From: Azolla caroliniana | Lineage: Eukaryota > Plantae > Polypodiophyta | Direction of reading: 5' to 3' | Length of the DNA stretch: 64,000 bases | Assembly (NCBI GenBank): GCA_043228905.1 | Contig: JBHGNT010000018.1 | Location: 9,114,001-9,178,000, forward strand | Part shown: in pieces, positions 62,401 through 64,000 of the stretch | How positions within the stretch are numbered: the stretch's first letter is position 1 | Layout: every line of letters begins with the position of its first letter | The notes under the pieces: generated by a model | What the model saw: the letters and a program-made list of their open reading frames with translations, nothing else | Database searches by the model: none | Told to the model about the DNA's origin: nothing | Translations under genes and position numbers: made by a program

Positions 62401-64000
62401 GTTGATAGCTTGTTTTGTCAATGGCATCCCCAATTCGGACTATCACTGGATAGTGCACGATAAGGATCCAAAATCCTTCGAAGAGGCCGTTGAAATAGTT
62501 CTTCGCTATCAACGCACTTCGAAGAAGGACCATAACAAACCCAACGAAGCGCCCGGGACTAAGCAGTCGCAATTTGTTGGGAAACGCAAGACACCCAACG
62601 AATTCCTGGATCGCGATTGTAAGCGACAACATCCTTTTTGTGTATTCTGCAAAAAGAAGGGTCATACAAAAGATCAATGTCGAAAGCTCCAACGGAAAGA
62701 GCACGACAACAAAGCTAAAGCTGCAGACCATAAAGGTCAGATTCCTAATGTCCTTCAGGTCTATACACATCATTTAAGTAATTGTCAATGTTCTTTCCCT
62801 CACTATGTATTGGGTCCCAATGATTTACTACGTGCAAACGGGTATATCAATGGATCTCCCGTACAATTTTTATTTGATTCGGGAAGCTCACACAATTTTG
62901 TGAATGATCGTTTGGTTCAGATATGGGGAATCCAACCCACCGTAAGTGATCACACCTACACGGTGCACTTGGTTGATGGAAGAGTACAATACATCAACGG
63001 GGCGATTCATTCATTAGGAATTTCTATTGATACTTATATAGAGGAAGTAGACTTCCATGTAATGAATCTTTGTACCACCGATGTAATACTGGGTTATCCC
63101 TGGTTTTATAATAAAAACTCTTCTTTATTTATTGATTGGGTTCATCATTCCATTTCTTTTGTACTGAACGATTGTACGCATTTTATTCAATGTGTAAAAA
63201 AACAATCCCTCTCGATTGTTTCCTCGTGTCCATCAATATCCGAGTTGTCTTGTTCTACGTTATTTTATTGTGTACTTGATCCGGACATTCACGTTTACAA
63301 TATCGATAATGTCCCGATTCAATTAACATATTTTGAACAACAACAACTTGATGAAATCTTAAATGATTTTCATGATGTTTTCCCAAGTGAACTACCTGAT
63401 GGGTTACCTCCTAAACGTAATATAGACCATCGTATAGATATTGTACTTGGTGTTGCACCAATAAGTATACCTCCGTATCGCTTAAGTCGATCCGAAGAAG
63501 ATGAGGTATCTAAGCAACTCAAGGACTATTTACGAATGGGTTATATACGTTATAGTAAATCTCCATGGGGTGCACCAGTTCTCTTGGTTAAAAAGAAAGA
63601 GGGCACATGGCGTATGTGTATTAATTACCGACGCTTGAATAAAGTGACGATCAAGAATTCGTATCCATTGCCCCGGGCTGACGATCTAATTGACCGTCTC
63701 CAGGGAGCTCGGTATTTTACGAAACTTGATCTCCGTACTGGCTACCATCAAATAAGAATAAGTGAGGACGATGTTCCTAAAACGGCATTTCGTACGCGCT
63801 ATGGCCATTACGAGTTTTTGGTTATGCCTTTTGGTTTGACCAATGCTCCGGCTACTTTTCAACAAGAAATGAATGACATTTTCCGAGAACAACTTGGAAA
63901 ATTTGTCGTTATTTTCTTGGATGATATTTTAGTTTATAGCCGTACATTACAAGAACATGCTAGACATGTCCGCTTTGTTTTACAAACATTGCGTGACAAA
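59460..64000 (+). mobile_element. Chromovirus-type gypsy element, 5' part (LTR remnant, iMet PBS 60114-60123, long 5' UTR, gag-pol)
   Basis: TATAAATA near 59835 and TGGTATCAGA. The LTR start was not identified. Confidence 0.85.
61802..64000 (+). CDS. gag-PR-RT polyprotein, single ORF running off the window end
   Basis: MAQINDP...KPFTGD...LGGKAAAWW...[14 protein letters not shown]...[10 protein letters not shown]...[13 protein letters not shown]...[10 protein letters not shown]...[13 protein letters not shown]...FLDDILVYS, all in one frame. It is absent from the ORF track because it has no stop within the window. Confidence 0.92.
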   Translation, partial: MAQINDPMSSAQAEGTQGNPPGQMSTEMYLAQITQFLSFTAQQMTELRQSQSALEARVISLQRETNRPDERQGEPSFVVKPFTGDKKERTEEAICTWLGRWESHFELYPTPDSTKIAYVGRELGGKAAAWWRGLRTMGKLPDTWTDFVTVFKGQFLQPPSRTKAAQALMNLSSRKFSSLEDYVHHARTQIQKSGLEGDNWLIACFVNGIPNSDYHWIVHDKDPKSFEEAVEIVLRYQRTSKKDHNKPNEAPGTKQSQFVGKRKTPNEFLDRDCKRQHPFCVFCKKKGHTKDQCRKLQRKEHDNKAKAADHKGQIPNVLQVYTHHLSNCQCSFPHYVLGPNDLLRANGYINGSPVQFLFDSGSSHNFVNDRLVQIWGIQPTVSDHTYTVHLVDGRVQYINGAIHSLGISIDTYIEEVDFHVMNLCTTDVILGYPWFYNKNSSLFIDWVHHSISFVLNDCTHFIQCVKKQSLSIVSSCPSISELSCSTLFYCVLDPDIHVYNIDNVPIQLTYFEQQQLDEILNDFHDVFPSELPDGLPPKRNIDHRIDIVLGVAPISIPPYRLSRSEEDEVSKQLKDYLRMGYIRYSKSPWGAPVLLVKKKEGTWRMCINYRRLNKVTIKNSYPLPRADDLIDRLQGARYFTKLDLRTGYHQIRISEDDVPKTAFRTRYGHYEFLVMPFGLTNAPATFQQEMNDIFREQLGKFVVIFLDDILVYSRTLQEHARHVRFVLQTLRDK

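Noticed and set aside
673-63892. Numerous short antisense or alternative-frame ORFs in the track
   Set aside because: They are shadows of GC-rich retroelement coding regions or low-complexity LTR tracts, with no independent motifs.

Overview
Eukaryotic nuclear DNA from a land plant, most likely a non-seed plant such as a fern or lycophyte (inferred from the TE lineages, not proven). One apparently intact host gene is present: a 14-exon malectin-like-domain LRR receptor kinase (23245-34128, +, 952 aa as spliced by hand), with a Mutator-like and a hAT-like miniature element in its introns. The rest is a stack of nested LTR retrotransposons: several Ty1/copia, an Athila/Tat-like gypsy, Phygy-like gypsy elements with a tRNA-Trp PBS and 4-bp TSDs, a non-coding self-priming LTR element and a chromovirus-type gypsy. 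There is also an intronless guanylate kinase fragment and a decayed ParB/Srx-like ORF. The strongest observations are: (1) two matched TSD pairs show that a triple-nested insertion was split and inverted across about 21 kb; (2) all four Phygy-like insertions sit at an ACGN-type target; (3) a -1 frameshift heptamer plus pseudoknot lies between PR and RT; (4) a Tf1-type self-priming signal is present; (5) antisense tRNA-like A/B-box modules are carried in two different gypsy LTRs. No CRISPR array, rRNA or bona fide tRNA gene was found. All coordinates were read by eye.
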